DNA from: Camelus ferus
Taxonomy: Eukaryota
Assembly: GCF_009834535.1 (NCBI RefSeq)
Contig: NC_045697.1
Span: forward strand, 75,084,001-75,148,000
DNA length: 64,000 bases
Direction: 5' to 3'
This document shows, in pieces, positions 27,940 through 41,420 of the stretch. The position numbers and the translations under genes were made by a program. The notes below the pieces were generated by a model, which was not told the DNA's origin, did no database searches, and worked only from the letters and a program-made list of their open reading frames with translations. Each line of letters opens with the position of its first letter. Position 1 is the stretch's first letter.

Positions 27940-30060
27940 GAGATGAAGAGGATATAATATTACTTCAGTGTTATCCTTGTCAGAATATCCATAAGCTAAA
28001 TCTAATGAAGAGAAAATGAGAAAAAAAGAAACAAATTGAGGGACAGTCTATAAAATAAGTAGCCTGTACTCTTCAAAGTTATCAGTGTCAAGAAAGATTA
28101 AAAAAATTGCTGATAACTTTCGAAATGAGATGAAAAGTATAACCTCATAGATCAAACAATCTCTATACACTTAAAGCAGGCTTAAGATATAGAAACATAC
28201 CAAGGCAAATTATATTTACATTTCTGAAAATGAGCTTCAAAGAGGAAATACTTTAAATGCCCAGAGAAAAATGGCACATGATGCACAGAAGGAAAAAAAA
28301 GATAAGAATGACTCTAGGTTTCTCATCAGAAACCATGCAACCAGAACACATTGAAATGACATCTTTAAAATGCTGAAAGAAACAAATTGTCAACCAGAAA
28401 TTCCCAGTGAGAATAGCCAGTGTATACCAGATGAAAATATCCTTCACAAATGAAGGCAAAGTATTTTTCAGAAATACTGTTGTTGAAAGAATTTGTTGCC
28501 AGCTGACCTGTACAAAAGGAAATATAAAAGGGAGTTCTTCAGGCTAAAGGAAAATAATACCAGATGGAAACTTGGTCCTACAAAATGAAAAAAGAATGCT
28601 GGAGATGGTAAAAATTTTGGTAAATATAAAATAATTTTTATATCTAATTTTTAAATTTCTCAAAGAGTAATTAATAAGAAAGTGTTTGGGTGTTAATAAC
28701 ATGTAGAAGTGTAATGTATGAAAACAGTAGCTTTGAGAGTGGGGAAATGGAATGCACTGTTGTAATGTTCTTGCATTTTATGTGAAAAAAAGGCATGATA
28801 ATATTTTTTCAAAGTAGCCTGTTATGTTAAATATGCATATTATAATTCTTAGAGAAAGCACTAAATGTTTAAGAAAGTATAATTAATAGCAAAAACTAAT
28901 GGAATCATGAAATATACTCACCTAATCCTAAAGAAGTCAGAAAAAGGTAATACAGAACACACTGAAAAATAGACAACAAATATCAAGATATTAGATGGAA
29001 AGTCAGTTATATTGGTAACTACATTAAATGTAAGTGGCAAACACTTACCAATAAAAACAATAAAAAGTCAGTGGTCAAACTGAATAAAAAAGCAAGACCC
29101 ACCTATATACTGCCTGTGAGAGATCATCTTTAAATCTAAAGACAGATAGGTAAGAAACTTGGAAAAATGTATACCATGGAAACATTAATCATAAGAAAAA
29201 CAAAGGACCATATTACTATCACACTTCAGACCAAGAAATAGTAGCAGAGATAAAGTAAGTGGTTCAATTAAACAAGAAGACATAACAGTCCTAAATATCT
29301 AGACTGATAATGTTATATATAAATGAAGTAAAACACAGATCTGAAAGGAGAAACAGAAAAATCTTCAGTTATATTCACATTATTCTCTCAATAACTTATA
29401 GAATGAATAGAGAGAAAATGAATAAGGATAAGTTTGAACAAATTATCTACCATTTTGTCCTAGTTGGTACTAATAGAATACTTCACTCAATGACAGCAGA
29501 TTGCACATATTTTTGAGTGCACCTGAACATTCACCAAATACACTAAAGGCTAAGGCATAGGCAAGTTTTAATACATTGAAAGGAATTTAAATACACAGAG
29601 TATGTTCTCCGACTATAAGGAAATGAAATTAGAATAATAATGGAAAGATATCTAGAAATTACCAAATATTAGGAAATTAAATTATTTTTGCTTTGCAATT
29701 TATGAATTAAAAAATGAAAATACAAAGGAAGTTATATTTCAGACTGAGTGAAAAGAAAAATACAATGTATCAAGAATATCAAAATATATAAAATACATCT
29801 AAACCAGTGCTTAGAGAAAACTTTATACCTTTAAATTCTTTTATTAGAAAAAAATAAATGACAAAATCTGTGATCTAAACTTACAAAAAAAGAAGCTAAA
29901 AAAAGAATAAATATCAGTGCAGGTAGAAGAAAGGAAATAAATATAAGATCAGAAATCAATTAAGTAATAAAATGGACAACTATTACAGAAAATCAATAAA
30001 ATTGTTAATCCTGTAACTAGACGGATGAACAGGAAGAAGGAAGACACAGACTACCAGTAT
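27940..30060 (+). mobile_element. Old L1M fragments (L1MC-like 3' piece, then ORF1 end to ORF2 endonuclease region)
   Basis: TTCTCATCAGAAACCATGCAA, AAAAAGCAAGACCCA.CTATAT.CTG.CT, CAAGAAGACATAACA.TCCTAAAT motifs. Confidence 0.8.
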
Positions 30061-30721
30061 GAGTTTTCTTTGCCTTGCTTCTGTGATTTCTGGATTCCAT
30101 ATACGGCTGTTTCTGAATTTATGCTATCATTTTGATGATAGGATGTATCCACTAGCTTCCTGAGAAAAGGTCTGTTGGGTTTAAATGGTTTTTGATTTGG
30201 TGAACTGAAAATGTATGTCTGTCATTAAATATGATGCATAGTTTGACAGGGTGTGGAATTCTAGATTAGAAACTATTTTTCTGGAGAATTTAAAGCATTG
30301 CTGCTTTGCTCCAGTATCACTTTGGAGATGTCTGATGCCATGTGATGGTATCAGTCTTTCATAGGTCACTTTTTATTTTCTTCTAGAAACTTGCAGAATT
30401 TTCTTCTGTCCCTATTAATTTTTTAAATCATTTATTTCACTGATTGGATTTATTAAGTCTGGACACTCATGTTCTCCATTTCAAGAAAAACTTCCTTTAT
30501 ATTTTTATAATAATCTACTTTCCTCTATTCTTATTTTTCCCTTAAAGATCTCCTATTGGGTATTGGACCTCTGGAATAATAGTATTTTTTATCTCTTGTT
30601 CTCTGTCTTTTTGTTCTAATTTCCTGAAAATTTCTTAACTTTTCATCCAACCCTGTTGCATTTATCTACTGTTATGTAATAAACTACCACAAACATAGTA
30701 TTTTATAATAATTATTTTATT

Positions 30722-33700
30722 AAGGCATACCTCAGAGATATTGTAGGTTTGGCTCCAGATCACCACATTAAAGTGAATATTGCAATAAAGTGAGTCAAAT
30801 GAATTTTCTGGTTTCCAAATATATATAAATTTATGTTGATACTATAGTCTGTTGAGTGTGCCATAGCATTATGTCTAAAAAAATGCAATGCATATACCTT
30901 AACTAAAAAATAGTTTATGTTAAAAAATGCTAACCATTATCTGAACCTTCAACAAGTTGTAATCATCTTTTAGCTGGTGAAAGGTCTTGCCTCAGTGTTG
31001 ATGGCTGTTGGCTCATCAGGGTGTTGGTTCCTGAAAGTTAGGGTGACTGTAGCAATTTCTTACAATCAGTGAAGTTTGGTTCATCGGTTGACTCTTCCTT
31101 TCACAAACAGTTTCTCTGTATCATGCAATGCTGTTGGATAACATTTCAAACACAGTAGAATGTCTTTCAAAATTGGAGTCAGTCTTCTCCAACTCTATCA
31201 TTGCTTGATCAACTAAGTTTCTGAAATCTTCACAGCATCCTCACCAGGAGTAGATTCCATCTGAAGAAACCTTTCTTTTGCTTATCCATTAAAAGCAACT
31301 TTTCATTCATTAGTTCATCATGAGATTGTAGCAGTTTAGTCACATCTTCAGACTCCACTTCTAGTTGTAGTTCTCTTGCTCTTTCTACCACATCTGCAGT
31401 TACTTCCTCCACTGAAGTCTTGAACCCCTCAAAGTTATCCATGAGGATCAGAGGCAGCAACTTCCAAACTCCTGTGCACATTGGTATTTTGACCTCATTA
31501 CAGACATCATGAATATTCCTTTTTTTTTCCTAATCATATACTGTCTTTATTTTTATTTATTTTTGGGGGAGTGTAAGCAAAGTTTATTCTAGGAAGAACA
31601 ACTCATTGAGAGATAAAACTGTTTTAAAATTTACATATATGTACTATTCATTATTTCTAACAACAGTTTAGATCTTTAGCTTTTAAACTCACATAGTTAT
31701 CAGAGGAATAAAGCCAACCACAAAATAAGAAACAACAGAATTCAGTGATCCAATCATAAAGGACAGTCAAATGTGCTTACACATATTCAAGAAATCAGTC
31801 ATCTAACTTATAAATAATAAGTAGTTCATTTGTTTCCTTTTTTAAGATTCTACGTATAAGCAATATCATATGGCATTTTTCTTTCTTTTTCTGGCTTCAC
31901 TTAGAATGACAATCTCCAGGTCCATCCATGTTGCTGCAAATGGCATTATTTTATTCTTTTTATGGCTAAGTAATATTCCATTATATGTATATATGTGTGT
32001 GTGTGTGTGTATACATATATAGAGAGAAAATGTAATTTATATATACACACACATATATGCATACATACATACATACCACATCTTCTTTATCCAGTCATCT
32101 GTTGATGGACATTTGGTTTGTTTCAATGTCTTGGCTATTGTAAATAGTGCTGCTTTGAATATTGGGGTGCATGTGTCTTTTTGGTTTTGCTTTTTTGTTT
32201 AAAGACTTTTTTTTATTGAAGTACAGTCAGTTACAATGTGTCAATTTGTGTGTACAGCACAATGTCCCTGTCATGTGTATACATACATATGTTCATTTTC
32301 GTATTCTTTTTCATTAAAGGTTATTGCAAGATATTGAACGTAGTTCCCTGTGCTATACAGAAGAAATTTGTTTTTTTAATCTATTTTTATATATGGAGGC
32401 TAACATTTGCAAATCTCAAACTCCCAAAATTATCCCTTCACACCCCCTTTCCCCTGGTAACCATAAGATTATTTCCTATGTCTGTGAGTCTGTCTATGTT
32501 TTGTAGATGAGTTCATTAGTGTCCTCTTTTTTTCTTTTTTTTTAGACTCCACATGTAAGTGATATCATATGGTATGTTTCTTTCTCTTTCTGGCTTACTT
32601 CACTTAGAATGATGATCTCTAGGTCCATCCATATTGCTGCAAATGGCATTATTTTACTCTTTTTTGTGGCTGAGTAGTATTTCATTGTATAAATATACCA
32701 GAATTTATTTATCTAGTCATCTGTCAACAGACATGTAGGTTGGTTCTATATCTTGGCTATTATAAATAGTGCTTCTATGAACATTGGGGTGCATGTCTTT
32801 TTAAATTACATTTTCTCCATATATATGCCCAGTAGTGGGATTGCTGGATCATATATAAGTCTATTTTTAGTTTTTTAAAGAACCACCATACTGTCCTCCA
32901 TAGTGGCTATACCAAACTACATTCCCACCAACAGTGCAGGAAGGTTCCTTTTACTCCACACCCTCTCTAGCATTTATCATTTGTGAACTTTTTAATGAGG
33001 GCCAGTCTGGCTGGTATGAGGTGATATCTCATTGTAATTTTGATTTGCATTTCTTTAACAATTAGTGATATTGAGCATCTTTTCATCTGCTGGTTGGCCA
33101 TCTGTCTATCTTTGTAGAGATGTCTTTTTAGGTCTTCTGCCCATTTTTTTTATTGGGTTACTTGTTTTCTTGATATAAAGATGTATGAGTGAATATTCAT
33201 ACATCTAGAAAGGTGAATCCATTCCAGAAGGTTTTCAGTTGACTTTGCCCAGATTTATCAAAGGAATCACTAGAATTCATACCCTTATGAAGTGTATTTC
33301 TTAAATAATAAGACTTAAGATTAATTACTCCTTGATTCATGGGCTTCAGCACGGTTGTTGTGTTAGCAGGCATGAAAATAACCTTAATCTCATTCTGCAT
33401 CTCCATCAGAACTCCTGGGTGACTAGAATCGTCATCAATGAGCAGTAACGTTTTGGAAGGAATCCTTTTTTCTGAGCAGAAGTTCTCAACAGTAGGCTTA
33501 ATACAGTCACTAAACCATACTGTAAGCAGATGTGCTGTCATTCAGTCTTTGTTGTTCCATTTATAGAGCACAAGCAGGGTAAATTTAGCATCATTCTTAA
33601 AGGCCTTAGGATTTCCAGAGTGGTAAATGAGAATTGGATTCAACATAAAGCACCAACTGCATTAGCACCTAACAAAAGTCAGCCTGTCTTTTGAAGCTTT

Positions 33701-34750
33701 GAAGCCAGGCATTGACTTCTCCTCTCTGGCTATGAAAGTTCTAGATGACATCATCTTCCCATAGAAAGCTGTTTTTCCTATATTGAAAATTGTTGTTTCA
33801 GTGTGGCCACCTTGATTAATTATCTGAGCTAGATCTTCTGGATAACTTGCTGCAGCTTCTACATCAGCACTTGCTGCTTCATTTTCATGCTTTGATGTTA
33901 TGGAGATGCCTTCTTTCCTTAAACCTCATGAACCAACCTCTGTAAGCTTCAGACTTTTCCCCTGCATATTTTTTACCTTTCTCAGCCTGCACAGAATTGA
34001 AGAGAGTTAGGGCCTTGCTCTGTATTAGGGTTCAGCCTAAAGGAATGTACTGGCTGGTTTGATCTTCCATTCAGACCACTAAAACTTTCTCTGTATCAGC
34101 AGCAAGGCGCTTTTGCTTTCTTATTATTCATGTATTCACTGGAGTAGCACTTTTAATTTCATTCAAGATCTTTTCCATTGCATTTATAACTTGTCTTCTT
34201 GGTGCATGAGGCCTCACTTTTAGCCTATCTCAGCTTTCAACACATCTTCCTTACTAAGCTTAATTATTTCTAACTGTTGATTTAAAATGAGGAACATGTG
34301 ACTCTTCCTTTCACTTGAACACTTAGAGGCCATTATAGGGTTACTAATTGGCCGAATTTCAACCTTGTTGTGTCTCAGGGAACAGAGAGGCCCTAGGAGA
34401 GGGAGCGCGATGGGGGAACCTCCAGTCAGTGGAGCGCTCAGAACACATACAACATTTATCAGTTAAGTTCACTATCTTGTGTGGGCATGGTTTGTGGTGC
34501 CCGAAAATTATTACAGGAGTAATATCAAAGATCACTGATCACAGATTACCCTAACAGACATCATAATGAAAATTTTGAAGTATTGCAAAAATTACCAAAA
34601 TGTGACACAGAGACAGGAAGTGAGCAAATGCTGTTGGAAAAATAGCAGCGATAGACTTGCTTGACATGGGGTTGCCACAAACCTTCAATTTGTAAAAACA
34701 AGACCTGAAAAGTGCAATAAAGTGAAGCACAGTAAAATGAAGTATGCGTG
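30722..34750 (-). mobile_element. Full-length Tigger1 DNA transposon (~2.36 kb without insert), interrupted by L1
   Basis: Both termini (AGGCATACCTCAGAGATATTG; AAAATGAAGTATGCGTG); transposase remnants 33197-33541 (LLLIDD..SHP, VIFMPANTT..L.PMNQGVI) and 31230-31481 ([26 protein letters not shown]). Confidence 0.95.
31519..33189 (-). mobile_element. Composite L1 insertion (two L1 3' segments plus a foreign tail) in Tigger1
   Basis: TSD TGAATATTC at 31510-31518 and 33190-33198; L1 homology at 31823-32180 and 32181-33189. Confidence 0.88.
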
Positions 34751-37219
34751 TGTGTATCATTATTTTGTGAGCCAAGAATTTAGGCAGCTTTTAGTTGTTC
34801 CAAGACATATTAATAGAGGTACTTGGTAATATTCATCTGTTAGGTGGTCTGGTCTGAATGGTCTAAAATAGTTTTACTCACATGTCTGAAGCTTTAGCAG
34901 GAAGCCAAATGGCAACCAGTGTGTCTACATGTGGCCTCTTCAACATGACAGTATCAGAGTAGTCAAATACCTTACATGGTGACTGTGGACACCCAGAGAT
35001 TATATGCTAAGATCTTCAGTGATGGCTGTAGGGATAATTCCTATGACCTAATTGCAGAAGTCCCAGATGTCACTGCCGCTACATTTTATTGTCCCAATAA
35101 GGCCAACCCCTCCACTTTTCAGTGAAGGGAGTAGCAAAGAATTTGTAGACATGTATAATCTGCCACACTCTTGAAAAATTTATATGTATATACTCACACA
35201 CATATGTATTTAATTACTAAGAATTCTTTCTTTTTCTCTGATCTGATTTTTTTTAATCTTCTAAGGGAAAAAATATCTTCTTTTCTTTCTCTATGAGTAT
35301 ATTATTTTTTAAAGTTTTATTTCCCTTTGTCCCTCTTTCCTTCTGTATTCTTTTTACATTTTCCTTTGTTAGATCGCTTTATTCTTTCATTATCAGGTGT
35401 TGGATTTCCTAATAGGCCTGGTGATCTTGGCTGCCCTTTGACATTTAAGGAGGTCATAAAAAGTTCATTTGAAACTGTCAGTGGGTAGAAGGACTTTTGT
35501 CAACTAAGTGACTTAACATAGGGCAAGTAGAGCTGAGTACATCTGTTTTGTGAGTAGTTCCACAAATGTCAGTTCTATTTCTTTAGCCACTCATTTTCTC
35601 TTGTGATTAATTTCTCTTGTGGGGCCTGCTGCCTGAACTTGGGACCAAAAAGGGGAAGGGAGTTTCCCTTTGTGTGTTGACTTTCCTATACTGGTCTGTA
35701 GGATTTTCCCAGGTGCTCTCCCTGTTCCTGAGCCCAGCAAGCCTGAATGTTAGTACAGTCATTCACCTGTCTGCTCACAGAGGCTCTTTTGTGGACTTTC
35801 TCAAAAAGAAAATGTCAATTTTCTGCTGCAATCACGGAAAGTTATAGGGGTACAGGTTGTGAAAAGGTACTTGAGGCCTGACTTCTCCTATATGAGCTTT
35901 TTACCCATTCTTCTGTCACTTCTATGTCTTTATTGTTACCCTCTGTGACACCAGATCCCTCCAATCTTAAACCTTGCATCTTTTATTTCCTTCTGTGGGC
36001 ATTTAGATTTCACCTTTCCACACTCTGCCAAGTCAGTTACCATTCATCAATCCACTGTGCAGCTTCCAAAATTCTGTGATTTTTCTCTGGAATTTCCTCT
36101 CTTATCCTCCATGTTCTTGTGGGTTTATACTTTAAGAAATTTATTTGCTCTAATTTTAATGCAGTTTTGGAAGGTATTGGAGATAAACACATTACATTTA
36201 ATCTGCTGTGCTTAGTAAAGAGTTACAAATATTTTAACTTTTTTTTGTACTGGAGCTACCATTAAGAAAAAAATTTAACTGGTTGCTTATAGTTCAGAAT
36301 GATCAATAAGAGGGAGAAGATACTCTGATTTTCCATTTGAACATGTTTAGTGGAGATATAACATTAAGAGATAAAGAGGCTAGAGTATCTAGGATAATCA
36401 TCACCCAAATACACCTGGAATAATTACAGAGAATTTAAATTTTTAAACAGCAGTCTACTTGTTACCTGTTTTTTTCCTTGGAAAAACATCAAATCCATGT
36501 ATATACAAAATTGTATATGTACATTTATCAGATGGTTCCAGCCTCATTTGTAGAAATAACACTGGTATTTGTGAAGGAACACAGAATGAAACTGAAACAA
36601 ATCATAGTCAGACAGTTGTATCTTTCCCACTTGGAACTCCTGCCCTTCCTTCTCCAGACAACACTCTTGCCCATGCAGGAATTAGTAGTCATTTCCTAAG
36701 GCTCTGCTCCCATTTTTCTATTCCTTTTCACCATCCCTACAACCTTACTTTGATGTATTCTAGGAGGTCTATTTCAGGCGCTTCCCCAAAGACATAAGTA
36801 ATTAGTTCCATTGCTGTTCAGCAAATGAATATTAATCATCTTAAATCTGTCTGGGCAAGCTACTTTAAATATACATTAAGCACTTCAAGGGTGATGAGAG
36901 GTAATACAGACCAAGGAAAGGGATTCTGGAGGAGAATTCTCAGGAAAATAGTCCTTAGGATGTAAAGTAAATGGATGGGAACGTGGCCTGGGTAGATTGC
37001 CTGGAAGTGACAGGGGTCACCTGGTCAGGGAGAGAGAGGTATTTGGGCCATTGGCCAAATAAAGTTTGAGTTTTATGCAACAGTGGTTTTCTTTTCCAAT
37101 TTAATAATGTGCCTGTTTAAGCTATGATTTAACTGAATGTAAATGGTCAAGTTCAGCTCAGTTATACCTAAAAGCTCATTTTGCAGCCCCATTTCATTTC
37201 AGATCTACAGGTTTGTTTG

Positions 37220-37640
37220 TGTTGGTTGAAGAAGTTTACATGTACTTCTAGCAAGACCCAAATATCCATTCATTCTCTCTCCTTTAATAGGAATTTCTGA
37301 TTTTATTCAAGGTGGCAATGTGCCTAGCTAAAGATTATATTTCTCATCCTCCCTCTGCACAAGGATAAGGTCATATGATGAGGCAATGGCCAGTTAGATA
37401 TAAAGGGAGTTGTCTTAAAGGACTGCGTGAAGTTTCATATTCCACCTGCCAGCCAGGAAAGCGTATTGGGTGGCTGGAGTGCCATGGTGGCAGGGCAATA
37501 TCCAAGGGATGTAGGGTGCAAATATGGAGGCATATGGGTCCTTGACGACCTCAGAGTTCCTGCATCTCAGTTCTTGACATGCCTTCCTCTGTATTTACTT
37601 TGTGTAAGGAGGGTACTTCATTCAAACAATTCTATTTTGA
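37220..37640 (+). mobile_element. Old MLT1J-like LTR
   Basis: GTGCCTAGCTAAAGA.TATATTTC.CA.CCTCCCT.TGCA, GGTCATATGA motifs. Confidence 0.65.
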
Positions 37641-37829
37641 TATAGTTACCTTCAGCAAAGCCTAATTTTAATGGATACAAAAGAAAACCCATAGCATTCT
37701 TTAATTTTGAATAAGGACTGCAGAATTTTATGTTTCTTTCTACCATATGACCTGTCACCTAAGAAATTATTTTCTGTTGAAGGAAAAAAGTTTAACAAGA
37801 ACATTATTTTAGCTTTCATCTTTAAAGAG

Positions 37830-38350
37830 AGGGAGGGCCTAGCATAGAGTAGGGTTGAATAAATATTTGTTAAATGAGTCATGTAACTTAAAAATTAATT
37901 ACTGAGGGCCTACTATGCCTGTCAGTGTAAGTATGCAGAGGTAAATAAATACTGTCTCTGCCCTAATGAGGTTTCTAATTTTTTGAGTGATGCAAGCAAC
38001 TAGCACTTATACAAGATGGGCGGAAAAAGTCTCATTGCAGAGGCACATGCAAAGCATTGAATGGCAGGAAGTAAAGTGACAGATTCTAAAAGGGGGATTC
38101 AGATCCTGACTGAAACACAGAATGATAAAGCAAGGAAAGTAGATTGGGCAAGATTATAAAAAAAAAAAAAACCACACTGAAGAATTCTGATTTGTTGTCT
38201 ATCTAATTGAGAGAACTTTAGTTAATTTTTAGGAGGATGATTCTGATGGCCATGTGAAAAGCTTAGTGGAGAGGCAGAGACTGAAGGCCAGAAGGGAGTA
38301 CAATCAGAAGCAAGTCTCTGATTTCCCCACTCTCAGCTGGGAGAGGGAGA
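37830..38350. mobile_element. L2 fragments
   Basis: AATAAATATTTGTTAAATGA 3' end; TACTGAG.GCCTACTATG and TCTCTGCCCT.ATG antisense motifs. Confidence 0.6.
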
Positions 38351-38483
38351 AAGTTCACCTCTGTGAGTCCTGTGGGGCTAAGCCAAGGCAAGAGGAAAGG
38401 TTTTCAAAAGCATTGGAAGATGAGAGTTCAGTGGGCAAGGAGTATTGGAGAAAGAACTTTGAATGGACCGATTCAGGAACCAT

Positions 38484-38860
38484 TGTCATGGACTGAATTG
38501 TGTCCCCCTAAATGAATTTATTGAATCCCTAAGCCCCAATGTTAGTGTATTTGGAGGTGAGGCCTTCAAGAAGATGATTAAGGTTAAATGAGGTCTTAAG
38601 GCTGGATACTAATGCGATAGGACTGGTGGCTTTATAAGAAGAGGAAGAGACACCAGAGATCCTTCTCTCTCTCTCTGAGGAAAACAGAGAAGAGGCCATG
38701 TGAGGACATAGCAAAAAGTCTACAAGCCAGGAAGAGAACATCACTTGAAATCAGCCCTGAAAGCACCAGATCCTGGACTTCCAGCTTCCAGAAATATGAT
38801 AAATTTCTGTTGTTTACGCCATCCAGTCTGTGTTACGCTGTGATAACAGACTCTAACACA
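38484..38860 (+). mobile_element. MLT1B-like solo LTR with 5-bp TSD
   Basis: TG...CA termini, GATTAAGGTTAAATGAGGTC; TSD ACCAT at 38479-38483 and 38861-38865. Confidence 0.93.
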
Positions 38861-39019
38861 ACCATATGGTTTGACCAAGCAGAGAACAGAACCTGAGGGA
38901 GATACCTGCATTACTTCCAAGGGAAGGGTTAGATGCTTCTCTCCATGCCTAGGGCCAGCCTCCTCTCCGCTATGGGGAGGAGACATTGGTCAGACTAATC
39001 ACAGTGTTTGGGCCACATT

Positions 39020-39140
39020 TATTAAGTTTCTTCATCTGTAAAACAGCTATAATAATGGTATGACCTCACAGTTTTGTCATGAGAAGTAAACAAGTTACCA
39101 GTGAAGATAATAAGCAAAAAGTAATTGCCCAATAATATTA
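39020..39140 (+). mobile_element. MIR fragment
   Basis: AGTTTCTTCATCTGTAAAA...ACCTCACAG core. Confidence 0.65.
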
Positions 39141-39894
39141 GCTATTTTTATTTTTACAAACAATTTACAATGACCCCAAATTTGTATTCTGCATTCTACC
39201 AAACTAAAGACCTAAATCTGACTCATAGAAATTTGGGAATTGTTGACAAAAAGGTATGTATACAGGCATAAATTGGTATTACACCAAATTCTGTATTATA
39301 ATACATTAAACAATGGCAAGTCTGAAGCTATTCAAAGCCAAAAACACCCACAACTGTGTTCTTTTCTTTCCATAGTGAGGTGCCACAAAAGGTAGAATTG
39401 TCAAAACAGACTCACATGAATCATAGGTCTTGCCCAATACCAAACTACTAATGACTCAAAAGATACAAGCAAGAAGCAGGCACATATGTACTGTTCCTTT
39501 CCTGAGGGGCTTGGGCCTTCAAAATCAGCTTCCTAATTGTCCCTTTTCCCACACTGGGATTAGCAAACAGGCACTAACAATGTGTGGTGTGCGTGTCAGC
39601 TCAGCCACTTAGGTTCAGAGCTTCTTAGTTTTTATGTGTGTTTAGTCATTCAGGGACAAAGATGTTACAGGTCTAATTTCCATTCTCTGGCCAGCTATAT
39701 CCTATAATTGTATAAATTCCAGATGTATTTCTAATAATTAGTATAGACAGACAGGCACAGCCTGCTCAAATCATCTTTTAGATAAGAACTCTACAGAATC
39801 TATCTTTAAAAAAAAAGAAAGGTTTGGCAGATGTCAAGATTTCCTCCAGCTGCTGTTAACTCTTCTCCATCCTTCGTGACCTCCTATTGGAAGG

Positions 39895-40135
39895 TGATAG
39901 GACAGAGTAGTATTTCAGAGCATGGCCTCACCTCAGTTAAAATTCTGACTTTGCTATCATTCGCTGGATATATAGGCAAGTTAAGTAGCCAATCATTGCC
40001 TCATTTTTTGATCTGCACAATGGGCATAATAATAGTGTAATTTTCCCCCAATAAAATGACTGTGGGGACTTAATAAATGTGAAGTACTTAGAGTAGTGCG
40101 TGGCATATAGTGAGTTCTCAATACTGTTAGCTAAC
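39895..40135 (+). mobile_element. MIR SINE
   Basis: GGCAAGTTA, CCTCATTTT..ATCTG.A.AATGGG.ATAATAATAG, TGGCATATAGT.AG..CTCAATA. Confidence 0.8.
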
Positions 40136-40599
40136 AAATTTAAATGTTACTGTGATTCTAAGAGACTATGAATTAGATCTGTTTTTTTGTTGTTGTTGTT
40201 GCTGTTGTTGGATCTACCATCACTTACTTCCTCCTAGCTCCTCTCTTTTGCTCATAAATATGCCATAAGCTCTCTCCATCCTAAAGGGATACCTTCCTGC
40301 CCTTTTACAAGTCCACCTCATAATATCTCTTTTATCAGGGAAAGGAGAGAAAATGTTCCCCAAATAAAGCGGGGTGTCCCTTGATTGGTTTAGGAGAGGA
40401 TAGTAAAATATCATTAGAGATTGATCATTTCTCTGGTTTACTTCACAAAAGCATGACATGGTTCTCAAAGAGTTCTGGGATGAGTTGCATAAAACTCTAG
40501 CAAGCTCATGGCCACAGAGAGACAACGTGATACGCTTGGCTTGAAGCTTGTTGAAATATTTCTTTAATAATGTTAATGTTTTTTTATTCAGTTGTCTTT

Positions 40600-41420
40600 T
40601 CACCATTCACATTGATCCAGGTTTAATTAAAGCCCTCATCTACTCAGTGTTTATAATTGCTTCTTAATTAGATTCTCTGTCTCACATTTTACAGCTTCTT
40701 CTCTTCTATACCATTAATTTGCTCCTCAGATCCATCAAAATTAGACAACCATATTAGTGATCTGTTCAAGTCACTCTCCTGCTTAAAAACAATCTCTGAC
40801 TCCAAATTTCCCACAATATGAAGTCAAACTCTTCTACATGCTTTCAGGGCTTTTCAAAATACGATTTCCAGACTCGTTCTCCACTGGTATTGTTCACCAT
40901 TCACTGTGACCTAATCAGTTCCCCAACACCTGGATCATGTCCCAGTCCCAGAAGACATCACATGGTCTTTGTGTATGTTGCTAATTTTTTAGCTCCATGA
41001 CTTTGACTACTCCTTTCTGTCTACTTGGATTGCTCCTCCTACCTTTTATGCCACCTCCCTCTACTCAGAGAGCTTCTCAGATGAACTGTTACCTTGAATT
41101 TCTGGTTTAGAAAACTTCCCTTATTCTCCTAGGTAGGCAGTTTCTCTCCACAATTTCACTTGGCACATTGGTTCTCAGCAGTGGAACATGGGAGGGGATG
41201 AGAATTTCTTGAGAAACTCCCTCAAAGTGTACAACATTGCCAGCCTTCACTTCTCCCTGAGAATTATTCTTTTGATTAGCACGCTTCTTTATAGCAGTTA
41301 AAGTATATACTTATTATTTATCCACAGTTCTGCTTCCCATTATTGACTAAGCTTTTCAAGAAAAGCAACTATATCTTAGTCACCTACACATTCCCCCATA
41401 CATAGCATAGGTGCAATAAA
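40600..41420 (+). mobile_element. Degraded L2
   Basis: TCACTCTCCTGCTTAAAA, TATCTT.GTCACC, CATAGTAGG-like 3' motifs. Confidence 0.6.

Larger units (their letters stand above)
30654..35167 (-). mobile_element. MLT1-type solo LTR split by Tigger1 (30654-30720 and ~34752-35167)
   Basis: GTAATAAACTACCACAAAC.TAGT start; resumes TTTGTGAGCCAAGAATTTAGGCAG; ends AAAGAATTTGTAGACATG..TAATCTGCCACA. Confidence 0.75.
30061..36210 (-). mobile_element. HAL1/L1ME-like element, host of the nested MLT1/Tigger1/L1 stack (pieces ~30061-30653 and ~35170-36210)
   Basis: ATAGTTTGACAGGGTGTGGAATTCTAG, GA.GTCTGATGCCA antisense ORF1-type motifs; T-rich continuation after 35170. Confidence 0.6.

Noticed and set aside
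36459..36797. 112-aa plus-strand ORF in unique sequence
   Set aside because: No ATG start, no convincing donor site and no known motif.
40220..40606. 128-aa minus-strand ORF outside obvious repeats
   Set aside because: Non-ATG start, no recognisable domain and no clear splice boundaries; compatible with chance.
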